A stretch of DNA of 64,000 nucleotides, taken from a virus. Positions within the stretch are counted from its first letter, which is position 1. Each line of letters starts with the position of its first letter. Positions 46,600 through 57,229 of the stretch are shown here, piece by piece. Location of the stretch: the IMG/VR virus record IMGVR_UViG_3300005253_000054, positions 36,284 to 100,283 of that record; one strand, given 5' to 3'. A model generated the notes under the pieces. The model ran no database searches. It worked only from the letters and a program-made list of their open reading frames with translations, and was not told where the DNA came from. Both the position numbers and the translations under genes were made by a program.

Positions 46600-46815
46600 A
46601 TGGGTTATCTTACGAAATCGAGATGGCAGTCTAAGACAGTTTGGCTTGGGATTGCAACGAGTGTTCTTAGTATCTTGGGGATATTTGCTGGAGAAAAATG
46701 GATTATGGAATATCCACAGATCGCCTCTGGCATCGGTCTAACGATTGGTATTCTGACTGTGGTGGTCAGACACTTTACAAGTGTACCATTGATGAAAGGA
46801 CCGTCTAAACAATGA
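46600..46815 (+). CDS. Holin-like protein with two TM helices
   Basis: KSRWQSKTVWLG followed by two hydrophobic helices. Confidence 0.55.
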   Translation: MGYLTKSRWQSKTVWLGIATSVLSILGIFAGEKWIMEYPQIASGIGLTIGILTVVVRHFTSVPLMKGPSKQ

Positions 46816-47168
46816 GAATCGAATGTCGAACTATGGAAGCCTTTCTGGAAAATCTAAAAGGAGAATCTATATTTCTAAACACGGTCTACGTAGACAAGAC
46901 AAAACAATCTTTGACTGATAAATCCGTGAGGGAGGCATCAAGTGTTAGTATAACTTTGCAGGCTTCCACGCTTTTGGATTTTGAAGATGAAACTCTATTT
47001 TTGTTAGTGTGTGGAATCGACTGTGGTATTGATCGTCATACGGAAGATGGTGGATTAGAGGGGACAAAGCAACTTGATGTGTATTTACTTATGCTTGAAG
47101 AATACTGCAAAGGTTGTGGTATCAAACTGAAACCCGGAATTTTGGATATGTAAAGGGAGACCCGAACG

Positions 47169-47741
47169 ATGGCTGATGTTCTAAACGAGACTGTTGAAGA
47201 TGCGATGAAAAATGTTAATGAGGCTTGTGGTGAGGCTTTGGAAAGTGGTAAGTGGATGACCGTTACTTGGTTTGTCAAGGATGGGAAACTTATGATGAGA
47301 AGAACTACATGGAATTTTCCCACGGGTGATTTTGAGAAGTGTATAGAGCAATTGCAAAACGTTTGCAATACACAAACGGGGAAGTCTAGGCCCGATAAAG
47401 GACCACTGCCCTTTGCGGATATCCTTGCGGGGAAAAGAACGCCTATGTCCGTGGTGGATAAAGTAGCGGAGGAATCGAGTATTCCGCCTGCTAAGGAACC
47501 TACTTTTGAGGAGATTGTGGAATCGGCTAAAACTGATCCACCGCCTGGAAACGTGGTGGTGGAAAAAGTGGGTGTTGATTCTAAGGAGTTTGATAAAGCA
47601 ACTGAGGAAATGTTTAGTAAGGGTTTGGAAAAGAAAGTGGAAAAGTTGGATAAGGAGATTGTGGATAGAGAATGTGACGAAACTGTGGCAAAAACCCCGC
47701 CCGATGATACAGAGGAGACCAAACCCCCATGCGAAGACTGA
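47169..47741 (+). CDS. Hypothetical protein
   Basis: SD present; acidic, Pro-rich C-terminal half. Confidence 0.55.
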   Translation: MADVLNETVEDAMKNVNEACGEALESGKWMTVTWFVKDGKLMMRRTTWNFPTGDFEKCIEQLQNVCNTQTGKSRPDKGPLPFADILAGKRTPMSVVDKVAEESSIPPAKEPTFEEIVESAKTDPPPGNVVVEKVGVDSKEFDKATEEMFSKGLEKKVEKLDKEIVDRECDETVAKTPPDDTEETKPPCED

Positions 47742-48106
47742 TAAACTATCTAAGATCATGGTTCATTGCTTCCAAAGTTTCTCGACAGTTAGGAGAGTCT
47801 GAACAACGTCTTACAGCGTTGGAAAGAGATTGTGGGATTGCTAAGAAATTGTTTGAGAGATACCAAAGGAATTTGGAAAGAATATTCGATCAGGCACAAG
47901 AGCACATTGAACGTGCTTCTATTTTGACTAAACAATACGAAGAGGCTTTGGAAAAAGAGCGTGCTGCCAACCGAGTGCATGAGAAGACGATAGAAGGGTT
48001 GGTAGCACAGAGTGAGACGTTTGTGAAACGGTGGGAAACACAAACAGCCGTGGAGGTAATGAAGCAGACGGGGGCAAGACCTAGAACCCTTGATGACGAT
48101 GTTTAA
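47729..48106 (+). CDS. Coiled-coil protein
   Basis: Heptad-rich sequence. Confidence 0.5.
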   Translation: MRRLINYLRSWFIASKVSRQLGESEQRLTALERDCGIAKKLFERYQRNLERIFDQAQEHIERASILTKQYEEALEKERAANRVHEKTIEGLVAQSETFVKRWETQTAVEVMKQTGARPRTLDDDV

Positions 48107-48123
48107 TAGAAAGTGGAGTAAAA

Positions 48124-49236
48124 ATGAAAACTGGTAAATTTAATGTAGTTGTGGACGGTCAATGGGGTAGTTGTGGTAAGGGAAAAACCGTAACTTCATT
48201 GGCGGACAAATTCAGGCCAGAATTTGTATCAACCACTAATATGCCGAATGCGGGACACACCGCGGTATGGGATGACGGCAGAAAATTTGTGGCAAAGTCG
48301 CTACCGGTGGCGGCTATACTTAGAAAGTGGATTGCCAATCAAGGGTATAAACCAACGATCATATTGGGGGCATCTAGTGCATTCCGGGTGGAAAATCTAT
48401 TAAAAGAGGTGGAGGAGTGTTTGTTGGATGCCACAAGTCTATGGATTCACGAAAGATCCGGGGTGATGACGGACCGTCACGCCAAAATGGAGATGGGTCA
48501 GGGTGGTACTAAGCACATTGCTAGTACTATGCAGGGATGTGGTGCCTTCCTAGCGGAAAAAATAATGCGGGGGGAAGATGTGGAATTGGCGGGTGGAGAT
48601 TCCCGGTTGAGAAGGCATATTTTTCCAGGTTTATCCATGGAGTTGAATGAAAAACTGAGTTTTGATGAAACAATATTACATGAGGGTGCCCAGGGATTTT
48701 CACTTGATATTTCCCACGGAAGTCATTATCCATTTTGTACGAGTAGGGGAACTACAGCAACGCAGAACATGGCCGATATGGGGATCAACCCCAGGAAACT
48801 GGGAGATATATATTTGGTAATACGACCGTTTCCCATAAGGGTTGGTAATGTAGTAGAGGGTGGTAAAATGGTTGGATACTCAGGGGATTGTTATGAGGAT
48901 CAAGAGGAAATGAAGTGGGCCGACGTTGGTGAGATAGCCGGTGTTGGGACTGAGGAATTTAGTGGGGAACTTACCACCGTTACCAAACGGCTAAGAAGGG
49001 TATTTTCATTCTCGAAAATACAATTGAGGGAGGCAGTAGAAATAAATGGTGCAAACAAGTTGGTATTGAATTTTGCGGACTATCTAGATTGGAATTGTAG
49101 GGGTTGTGATGATTGGGAAAATCTGCCGAATATTGTATTGGATTTTATTGGGATGTGCGAGGGTGTGGCTGGAATTCCTGTTGTAATTGTGGGCACTGGT
49201 GCTAAAAATGGCGATACATGTTGGAGGAATCAATAA
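48124..49236 (+). CDS. purZ: PurZ-like adenylosuccinate synthetase homolog
   Basis: DGQWGSCGKG (Ser where PurA has Asp), PNAGHT, EGAQGFSL, YPFCTSR, RPFPIRV, TTVTKRLRR, LNFADY. Confidence 0.75.
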   Translation: MKTGKFNVVVDGQWGSCGKGKTVTSLADKFRPEFVSTTNMPNAGHTAVWDDGRKFVAKSLPVAAILRKWIANQGYKPTIILGASSAFRVENLLKEVEECLLDATSLWIHERSGVMTDRHAKMEMGQGGTKHIASTMQGCGAFLAEKIMRGEDVELAGGDSRLRRHIFPGLSMELNEKLSFDETILHEGAQGFSLDISHGSHYPFCTSRGTTATQNMADMGINPRKLGDIYLVIRPFPIRVGNVVEGGKMVGYSGDCYEDQEEMKWADVGEIAGVGTEEFSGELTTVTKRLRRVFSFSKIQLREAVEINGANKLVLNFADYLDWNCRGCDDWENLPNIVLDFIGMCEGVAGIPVVIVGTGAKNGDTCWRNQ

Positions 49237-49538
49237 TGAATGAACCTGGAAAAAAGAAAAGTATACTTGAGGAGGCCGGTGAATTAGTGGCAGGACCACG
49301 CGAGGATGATTATGGTCCTCCAATTGATGATTGGAAACGAACTGCTGCGATATGGTCTGCCATTTTGGGTATTACAATTACGGCAGAACAAGCATGTATG
49401 TGTATGGTGGGGGTTAAAATATCCCGTCAGGTAAACAAACCCAGTCGGGACAATTTGGTGGATGCGGCCGGTTACCTTCTTTGTATCGAAATGATAGAAG
49501 AGGTTGTAAGAAATGAACGCCTTAGCAAAAGCGTATGA
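49236..49538 (+). CDS. DUF6378-like all-alpha protein (possible nucleotide hydrolase)
   Basis: SILEEA..VAGPREDDYG..KISR..DNLVDAAGY. Confidence 0.7.
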   Translation: MNEPGKKKSILEEAGELVAGPREDDYGPPIDDWKRTAAIWSAILGITITAEQACMCMVGVKISRQVNKPSRDNLVDAAGYLLCIEMIEEVVRNERLSKSV

Positions 49539-51813
49539 TCGTAGCCTTTCTGTAACTCAACAGGCAAGACAAACTGCCCTTGATCTGAAAGCAGCGGGCA
49601 TCGACCTGTCGCCGTCTGGTATGGGTGGTATGGATACATTCCGAAGCCAACGGGGTGATAAGGAGCGGTATGCACAGTTTAGAGGGTGGTTGTACGCTGC
49701 TATCAATGCTTTGGCGAAAGAGGCTGCTGGTCAACCAGTCAACGTGGGTAAGTTGCTAGATGTAGAACCAGAGAATGGGGAACGAAAAACACCTACAAGT
49801 TCTAAGCAATTTCATCGTAACAAAATGTTAGAGGGTGCCCATACGAAAACGGCTGGAAGGGATTTTGAGGTATTGGTTTCTCATCCGCTAATTGATGTAT
49901 TGGAGAAACCGAATCCGATTCAATATCGTTATCAGTTTGTTTACTCATTCGTAGCTAATCTGCTGTTGACTGGTTGGAGTTACATTATTATTGATACGGA
50001 TAAGGATGGGAATCTTCAATTCTTTTCCATTCCGTCTACGTGGGTTCAACCAATACATAAACCAGAACCATTTTCGGCTTTCAAGATTGTCAATCCTAAA
50101 AATCCAGCCGCCTCAACAAATGCCAAACCAATTCCGAGAGAGAACGTAGCGTTTGCATGTCTTCCTGATCCGTCGAGTCCTTTGGGGGCATTGGCTCCTG
50201 CTGCTTCTCAGATGAATGCGATTAAGATTGATAATCATATTCAGTCAAGTCAGAATGTATTTTTCGAGAATAGTATTCATCCGTCTGCCATTATTTCAAT
50301 TGGTAATGACCCTCATCCTGATGTTCCGAGTGGCGTTCGTCCTAGATTGACTGGGGTGCAGCGTAGGCAAGTTATAGGGGTGATTAAGCGGGCATGGGCG
50401 GGTGTTGCAAATTATGGGGAACCTGCGATTATTGATGGTCTGATTGAAGGTATTCAGATGTTATCGGCTAATAGCACTGAAATGGGATGGGACAAATCGG
50501 AGAGATCAGTCAAGATGAGAATCCTATCTGCTTTCGGTGTTCACGAAAGTATTTTGGGCGAGACTGTTAAGGTGGGTGGTCATGCTCAAGCATTTGTAAT
50601 TGATAGGCGATTCTGTAAAAACGTCAATGTCAATCTGAATTTGCTTGGCACAGTCCTAACTGAGTCCGTCAATTTTCATTCTGAAGAAGCTGTGAAATTA
50701 CTTGTTTGGTGGGAGAAATGCACAGCCGAAGATGAGAGTCTGAGACAGAAGAGTTTGATTGAGGCTCGTAAGAATGAGGATATTACTAGAAACGAATATA
50801 GGGCTGAGTTGGGATTCCCTCCATTAGAAGATCAGGATGAACGCAGCAAGCTGTTGGAATCTGCTGGTGGATTAACGGTAACACTTACCACATTAAAAGA
50901 GGTTGGTTTGGGTACTGTCGGTAGAGAACAAGCTGCTAAATTGTTGGCTTTATTCCTACAGATTTCGGAAGAGCAAGCTAAGGAATTGACTGGCGTGGGA
51001 GAAGTTTCGTTGCCTGAAGTTATCGAGGAATTATCTGCCGTTCTGGAGGAGATGAAGAAACCCATTAAGGTCGATTTTGATGATGAGGAATTACAGGGTA
51101 TTCTGAAACAACTTACTAGGACTTCTAGCCGATCTTCTATGACCGCTGAGTCTGCTAAGTTTGTGGCCGAGGAAACGGAAGGTAGGGTTATCAAATTGGA
51201 AACGGCTTTGCAGATAGAACGATCAGAGCGGAAATGTGATGGTAGGTTAATGTTGGAAGGGGCTAAGTCTGATATAACCAAATCACAGGTCGAGACTGTA
51301 AAAGCTTTTCAAGAGTTGGGAAAGTCGATGGCTGATAATCAATCGACTGAGAATCAACTCAAGTTAGTTCACAAGTTTTTGGATAGCTTTTCCGAGAGTG
51401 TAAAAGGCAGTCTCGAATCCATTGACAAGCAATCAGCTCAACCTATTACTATAAATGTTCCTGTTACTGTAGAACCCACCCCAATCGAAATAGGGGTGGA
51501 GAATAAAGTAGAACCGGCAGAGGTGAAGATAACCAATGAGGTGAAAACTCCTAATGTGAGTGTACCAGTAACGGTACAACCATCCGAAGTAATAACACCA
51601 ATAATTGTAGAACCTACCTCAGTTCAGATTGAGAATAAGATAGAGACTCCGAAAGTGATTGTTAAGTCAGAACCGCAAATTGATATTACCGTTCCCAAAA
51701 TTCCTGCTGCCGAGGTAGAGGTAAAAGTGAATGTAACGAGAGATGACGCACCGAAGAGGGCCACCATCATACATCCAGATCAGAGACAATCTCAAGTTAT
51801 ATTGGAAGATTAA
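49513..51813 (+). CDS. Portal protein with long C-terminal extension
   Basis: HPLIDVLEKPNP, LLLTGWSY, FFENS, ILSAFGVH, ITRNEYRAELGFPP. Confidence 0.9.
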   Translation: MNALAKAYDRSLSVTQQARQTALDLKAAGIDLSPSGMGGMDTFRSQRGDKERYAQFRGWLYAAINALAKEAAGQPVNVGKLLDVEPENGERKTPTSSKQFHRNKMLEGAHTKTAGRDFEVLVSHPLIDVLEKPNPIQYRYQFVYSFVANLLLTGWSYIIIDTDKDGNLQFFSIPSTWVQPIHKPEPFSAFKIVNPKNPAASTNAKPIPRENVAFACLPDPSSPLGALAPAASQMNAIKIDNHIQSSQNVFFENSIHPSAIISIGNDPHPDVPSGVRPRLTGVQRRQVIGVIKRAWAGVANYGEPAIIDGLIEGIQMLSANSTEMGWDKSERSVKMRILSAFGVHESILGETVKVGGHAQAFVIDRRFCKNVNVNLNLLGTVLTESVNFHSEEAVKLLVWWEKCTAEDESLRQKSLIEARKNEDITRNEYRAELGFPPLEDQDERSKLLESAGGLTVTLTTLKEVGLGTVGREQAAKLLALFLQISEEQAKELTGVGEVSLPEVIEELSAVLEEMKKPIKVDFDDEELQGILKQLTRTSSRSSMTAESAKFVAEETEGRVIKLETALQIERSERKCDGRLMLEGAKSDITKSQVETVKAFQELGKSMADNQSTENQLKLVHKFLDSFSESVKGSLESIDKQSAQPITINVPVTVEPTPIEIGVENKVEPAEVKITNEVKTPNVSVPVTVQPSEVITPIIVEPTSVQIENKIETPKVIVKSEPQIDITVPKIPAAEVEVKVNVTRDDAPKRATIIHPDQRQSQVILED

Positions 51814-52698
51814 ATGACGTTACGCACAATACCAATATTGGGCTCTGATGGTACCACGCAACGTAGCATGGTTCTAGATGTGATAGCTGGTATATCATGG
51901 CCTCCATACAAGATGGCCTTTGGTGCTGAGAATGCTGCTATACTGGTGTCTGCTGCCAGACCCTTGCCCGTAATTGACTCAAATCAATCAACGGATGATT
52001 TTGATACTGGGGTTGAGGCGGATACAAGAGCGGTAACAGGACTGGTTTCTGCTGAGGATGGTGGAGGTGTTTTGGTTGGTTCTGCTAATCCTTTAGCAAC
52101 ACATATTAGAGATAGTGGAGGAACAGAATTAGGCACATCTGCTAGTCCATTTTTTGTAGCATTATCGGATGGTACTTCTATATTTGATATAGATGTTTTG
52201 TCTAAACATGTTGTGATGATTGATGCTTTACATCATCATATTCATAATGAAATGGCTTTTTCTGTATGTCATATATTTGATGCTGTTGCTGCTGGAGCTA
52301 ATGCTGATTTGCGAATAACTGTTCCGGTAGGAAAAGAATTACATTTAACTTTTAGTGTTGCTGCTATTCTTAAAAGTCGGATAAGTATTTATGAGGGAAC
52401 AACGTTCTCTGCTGATGGAACTGTAGTTGCTTCATTTAATAAACGCCGTTCGTCTGGTCTTTCTACATCAGTAATTATTCGACATACACCAACAGTAGAT
52501 GTTTTAGGATTACAATTTGAAGGGCCTATGTTGATACCGGCTGGTGCGAAAATAAACCAATCGGCTGGTGGTGCTGGTACCGGGCGTGATGAATGGGATT
52601 TGAAAGAAGGTGATCATCTTGTTCGTGTAACAAATAATGGGTCTCAAGAATCTGACACGGGTATCTGTTTAGCATGGTATGAAGTGGATGTTGGATGA
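51814..52698 (+). CDS. Putative structural protein
   Basis: VSAARPLPV and VGSANPL repeats; C-terminal WYEV; follows the portal gene. Confidence 0.5.
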   Translation: MTLRTIPILGSDGTTQRSMVLDVIAGISWPPYKMAFGAENAAILVSAARPLPVIDSNQSTDDFDTGVEADTRAVTGLVSAEDGGGVLVGSANPLATHIRDSGGTELGTSASPFFVALSDGTSIFDIDVLSKHVVMIDALHHHIHNEMAFSVCHIFDAVAAGANADLRITVPVGKELHLTFSVAAILKSRISIYEGTTFSADGTVVASFNKRRSSGLSTSVIIRHTPTVDVLGLQFEGPMLIPAGAKINQSAGGAGTGRDEWDLKEGDHLVRVTNNGSQESDTGICLAWYEVDVG

Positions 52699-53223
52699 CC
52701 AATGCCTTTAGTAGTAACATCCGATTGGAACGATGGGCCAATGGGTCCGGGGTGGTTCGTTATGCTCCCAAAAAACACATCCATATTTTACGATGGTGGG
52801 CCTATGGACGATTTGCTCGTAGGACCAGAGGGAGCAGACGAGAGAAAAAGACAGGATGAATTGTTCGCATTGATTATGTTAATGAGACAGTCACAATAAG
52901 GAGACCTAAAAATGAGTGGGACGAAAGAAGAACAAAAAGAGATGGTAATGGGGGAAAGGGAATGGGAAATTAGCAGAGAAGCCAAGGAATTGGGATGGGG
53001 TATAAAAGTTGATCCTAAGGTTTACATACATCGGCTTGGGATACGCGATGCTAAAATATCTGTTGGGCTTTGTGATATTGTTTGTGAGATTAGTAAAGAA
53101 AGGTTTTACTGTTTGCGATTTACAAATCAGAAAGATGGAAAAGTAAATATGATCGTTTTGGATAGTCCGACACGCCAACGATTATTTTCATTGTTTGCCA
53201 GTATTTTGTGTGACCATTGATAG

Positions 53224-55002
53224 ATGAACAAATCTTTAGCACAAATTGCGATAGAGTTGGCAGGGCAAATTGTTGTTCTAGGCACCAAGTTTAGACGTAG
53301 AGAAGCTAGGCTTTTGGTTGAACGAAAAGCTAAACGTCTTACCAGTCAAGCACGATTCCAAGACTTGGAGGAACGAACGGAGGAGGCCCTTACTGAAACT
53401 CTCAATAGGATGTTCAATCGGCAGATCAGATCGGCTACTAGCAAACTGTTAGATTTGGAAACCAAATCCATAAGTCAAACCGCTACGAATCTATCAGAGA
53501 TAATTTTTGATCCTACAGAATGGGATGAGGAGTTAGTAAACAGAACCCTACCAATCCTAGCACGTGCTATGGCTGATGCAATGGTAGGCATTTTGGTAGA
53601 GCTTGGGGTCGATTTAACGAAGCTGAAAGGTAGTCTATGGACGAAAGCCTCTACAGCATCGGAATGGTTGGCAGCGAATGATAGGGAATTGCCAGAGGGT
53701 CTTGAGTTTGAATTAGAGGATGGGCAGCAATTCTCACTTCAGTTTGAGACGGAATATCCCCAGTGGATGAAAGAGGAGATTGGTAGAGAATTGCAAGAGG
53801 TTTACGATCAGCCTTTTTGGGAGGATATTAACAGAACATCCGGCAGTGATATTGAAAGATTCCTTGATAGTGGTATAAAGGATGGTTGGTCGATCAACCG
53901 AATGGCTAGGGAGATGGCTGGATCATTGGGTGGTAGTGCTTATGGTAAGATGCGGGGAAAGAGGATTGCAAGGACAGAAAGCGGTCACGTTTTGAATTCG
54001 GCAAGGACTAGTAGTATTGATAAACTCAAGGAAGAATTGGGACCAGAGGTTTCTGAGTTTATCAAGAGGATGTGGAATTCAGTATTGGGGAATACGACTA
54101 GGGATGATCATGCTGCTATGGATGGTCAGTTTGAGGTGATTGAGGAAGGTTTGGGTTTGTTTACTTTGCCCAATGGGGAGATGCCTAGATGGCCAAGAGA
54201 CATTACATTGTCAGCAGGTATGCGGGTAAATTGTCAATGCTTTATTACTGCTGAGTTAGGTGTAGGGGCACCGGAGGAGGAGATCCAACAAATTATTCAG
54301 GGGATGGGGGAGAAGCCACCAAAGCCAGTTGATGATGTTGTGAGACCAAAACCAAAGCCCAAACCTAAACCACCGAAACCGAAGCCTAAACCGAAGCCCA
54401 AACCGAAACCGAAACCGAAACCTGAAACCCCTGAACAGAAACTCGATAAACAGTTGTTAAAAGCAGAGAAGGAATTACAGAATCGAAAAACAGAACAATT
54501 GCGAGTATATGATAAGGATGGTAATTTGATTGCAAAAGTGAATGGGACTAAACATCAAGTAGAATTGGATGAGGAGACTCTAGATTTGATAAAGAGAGAA
54601 GGTCATACAACAGTACACAATCATCCGTATTCAGTGGATAAATCTAGTGGGGGGAAAGCCACTTCTTCGTTTTCGCTTTCAGATATAAAATCCGGTATTT
54701 TTGCCAATGAGCGTGAATCCAGAATAATTACACAGGATGGCAGACGTTTTTCAATGAAATACAGCAAGGCTTTTGCCAATATGGATGATAATGCAAAGGA
54801 ATTTATTGTACTACAATTAAAGAGTGATTTTAATTCTGAATACAACGAGGAATTAGCTAAATGGAAAACGAAATTGCAGAGTGGCAAATTGACTAGGAAA
54901 CAGGCAGTTCAAGAGATGGGACGTGCTACACATGAGGTATGGGATAGGACGATAAATCAAGACGATACGTGGTCCAAAGTTTTGGAGTATAAGCAATTAT
55001 GA
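53224..55002 (+). CDS. MuF/SPP1 gp7-like minor head protein with PK linker and C-terminal JAB/MPN-like domain
   Basis: RIARTE, TRDDH, VNCQC; (PK)n at ~54346-54423; HNHP..SFSLSDI. Confidence 0.85.
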   Translation: MNKSLAQIAIELAGQIVVLGTKFRRREARLLVERKAKRLTSQARFQDLEERTEEALTETLNRMFNRQIRSATSKLLDLETKSISQTATNLSEIIFDPTEWDEELVNRTLPILARAMADAMVGILVELGVDLTKLKGSLWTKASTASEWLAANDRELPEGLEFELEDGQQFSLQFETEYPQWMKEEIGRELQEVYDQPFWEDINRTSGSDIERFLDSGIKDGWSINRMAREMAGSLGGSAYGKMRGKRIARTESGHVLNSARTSSIDKLKEELGPEVSEFIKRMWNSVLGNTTRDDHAAMDGQFEVIEEGLGLFTLPNGEMPRWPRDITLSAGMRVNCQCFITAELGVGAPEEEIQQIIQGMGEKPPKPVDDVVRPKPKPKPKPPKPKPKPKPKPKPKPKPETPEQKLDKQLLKAEKELQNRKTEQLRVYDKDGNLIAKVNGTKHQVELDEETLDLIKREGHTTVHNHPYSVDKSSGGKATSSFSLSDIKSGIFANERESRIITQDGRRFSMKYSKAFANMDDNAKEFIVLQLKSDFNSEYNEELAKWKTKLQSGKLTRKQAVQEMGRATHEVWDRTINQDDTWSKVLEYKQL

Positions 55003-55220
55003 GTTTTGTTTTAGATGATGACAAACCTAGTGTTATATGTACGTTTTGTGAAAGACTGGATAACATTACTGAACGATCTTGTGAAGCCTATCTTGAGAAT
55101 AAGAGTATTCCTAGTGCGATATGGAATGGTGGGAATAATCACACTGATCCTTTTCCAGGGGATAATGGAAAACGGTTTGTATTGTTGGGTGATAAGAGAC
55201 CAGAGGATGTAGAGAAATAA
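54999..55220 (+). CDS. Small Cys/His protein, candidate immunity partner
   Basis: CTFC..CEAY..IP..I..HTDPFPGDNG; translationally coupled to the MuF gene. Confidence 0.6.
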   Translation: MSFVLDDDKPSVICTFCERLDNITERSCEAYLENKSIPSAIWNGGNNHTDPFPGDNGKRFVLLGDKRPEDVEK

Positions 55221-56037
55221 TAATGATGGCAAATAAACAACAACACTCTAACCGACTGATTCCTAGTGAGCAGGATGATATTCTGTTGGCTTACACAGTG
55301 GAAGAAAATTATTTAATACTGTGTAGAAATCATCTTACTGTAACGGGCGAACGTTTGATTCCCCCTACATCAATGAACAATGACATTATGCAATGGCGTA
55401 CATTGCGGGTACGTCACAAGCAAGGTGATTTGAGACATACAGAAGCAGAAATGAAATCGGTTAGGGCAATAGCTCAGTGGACGGTTGACGTAAATCATGC
55501 GTTGTGTCAACAATCTAATACTCCCAAGATTGAATGGGGTGAATAATGGTAAGACCTAGACTTGCCAATGTACAATGTACCCGAATGCAATTCCAGCCGG
55601 GTGATCAAGTAATTGTAAAGAGTAGACATAGATTATCAAAAGAGGATGCGTTGAAGTTAAAGAGGACTGTCGAGAAATGGGCGGGTGATGTCGTGGAAGT
55701 TTTAGTTGTAGACCTAACGCTAATGGACGTGGAGATTGAACATGGCGAAAAACGGGGACTCAAAATATCTTGAGGCTTTCGGTGATGATAAAGAATCACT
55801 GGCACTCTTTCTATTGAGTATGCGTAAATTTGACCAGCATTTTTGTGAGTGTATGTTTGATGGTTCGGATTTTACCATAGTTTTGGAAGTTCGTGGTAGT
55901 AAAGGCAAGCTAGTTCACGTTAGGCCAAAGTCTGATGCATTCTTCCGACCGGAGGGGATAGAAGAGTTAGAAGAAGACTCAGACGCCAAGAGGCGAAAGC
56001 CCTCAAAAGGAATTTGAGAATTCTGTTGCTACCCCTA

Positions 56038-56065
56038 TTGCACAGATTTCCATTTTCTGTATAAT
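56038..56065 (+). promoter_or_regulatory. Sigma70-like promoter
   Basis: TTGCAC-16 nt-TATAAT. Confidence 0.55.
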
Positions 56066-56110
56066 GGGATAGGTAATACAAAACATCGTCAAGGTGCTGT
56101 CTAGGGAGAC

Positions 56111-56179
56111 AAGGCTACGACGGTGTAGATACATCCTTCGTTGTGGAGGTTTTGTGTCTACATCATCGTAGCCTTTTTT
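56111..56179 (+). terminator. Long leader hairpin with U tract
   Basis: 23-bp stem (one mismatch, two G-U pairs) ending in a T run, 16 nt before ATG 56196. Confidence 0.7.
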
Positions 56180-56195
56180 ATTGGGAGTAAATATC

Positions 56196-56921
56196 ATGGC
56201 AAAGGACGTTTCATTTTGGTTAGGTCCGAATGCGGGTGCTCACTTGGCTTCTCGTACTTTGCAGATTCGTAGGATTATGGATGCAGGGGATGATGCCCTT
56301 ATTGCTCTTGCTTATGATAATGATGAAGGGGCTGGGGCTGAGTTTGCTACAGTCACCTTAGAAGACAATCGAATTTGGCAAGCCGTACTTCAGGACGTTA
56401 CGATTAGTGGTGATGATCTTGCACCATCAGTTTTGCATTTTAATACTGGTGATGATGCTTTTCCTGGACCTGGACCAGCCGATCCAACTCAACCGAATAG
56501 GTTGCAAATCTTGGGGATGAATGATAACAGTTCTAGTTCTATCTCAACTAGTTCCAATTCCTCTTCCAGTTCAATCAGCACAAGCAGTAGTTCGGTTTCT
56601 ACATCGTCTGTCTCAACTAGTTCTAATTCCTCTAGCAGTTCGATTTCTACTTCGTCTGTTAGTTCTACCTCTACATCGAGCCATAGCTCTAGCAGTTCGT
56701 CTAGTAGTTCTGTTAGCACATCGAGCCATAGCTCTAGTTCTAGCTCGATTAGCACATCCTCGGCTAGTTCAATTAGTACATCCAGTAGCTCGATTAGTAC
56801 ATCATCGATCAGCACATCTAGCAGTTCGATCAGTACCAGTTCCGCCAGTTCAATTTCGACGTCTTCAATTTCGACGTCTTCAGTATCATCCGTTTCTAGT
56901 ACCAGTAGTGAAGGGACTTAA
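56196..56921 (+). CDS. Protein with C-terminal Ser-rich repeat tail
   Basis: ~110 aa domain followed by SSISTSS repeats. Confidence 0.75.
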   Translation: MAKDVSFWLGPNAGAHLASRTLQIRRIMDAGDDALIALAYDNDEGAGAEFATVTLEDNRIWQAVLQDVTISGDDLAPSVLHFNTGDDAFPGPGPADPTQPNRLQILGMNDNSSSSISTSSNSSSSSISTSSSSVSTSSVSTSSNSSSSSISTSSVSSTSTSSHSSSSSSSSSVSTSSHSSSSSSISTSSASSISTSSSSISTSSISTSSSSISTSSASSISTSSISTSSVSSVSSTSSEGT

Positions 56922-56939
56922 TCTTAGGGAGTTTCGATT

Positions 56940-57224
56940 ATGGCTGAGTTGTTAGGGTACCAATTCGATAATGTTATTCGTGGTATCAAAACGAGTTCGC
57001 TTGAAAGAGCTAAGCAAGTTCGTCATGTTACTTATAACGAATTGAAAAGATTGGGTGTCAAACGGAATAAGTCGAAGGCCATTAAGGGCATTCCCAAGGG
57101 TAGCGACCAAACGAATCTTGGTTCGACTTATACTTGGATGTATGCAATCGAGCCCAATCAGAAAAAGGCTATTCGGCAATTGGTGATTATTGATGCCACG
57201 GCGGTTGCTAGAACGGAAGGGTAA
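56940..57224 (+). CDS. Hypothetical protein
   Basis: SD GGGAG; lies in the structural operon. Confidence 0.55.
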   Translation: MAELLGYQFDNVIRGIKTSSLERAKQVRHVTYNELKRLGVKRNKSKAIKGIPKGSDQTNLGSTYTWMYAIEPNQKKAIRQLVIIDATAVARTEG

Positions 57225-57229
57225 GATCT

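Noticed and set aside
48124-49236. Ordinary purA auxiliary metabolic gene
   Set aside because: The catalytic Asp of GDEGKG is replaced by Ser and the C-terminal motif is NF-type, which fits PurZ better; this still needs an assay.
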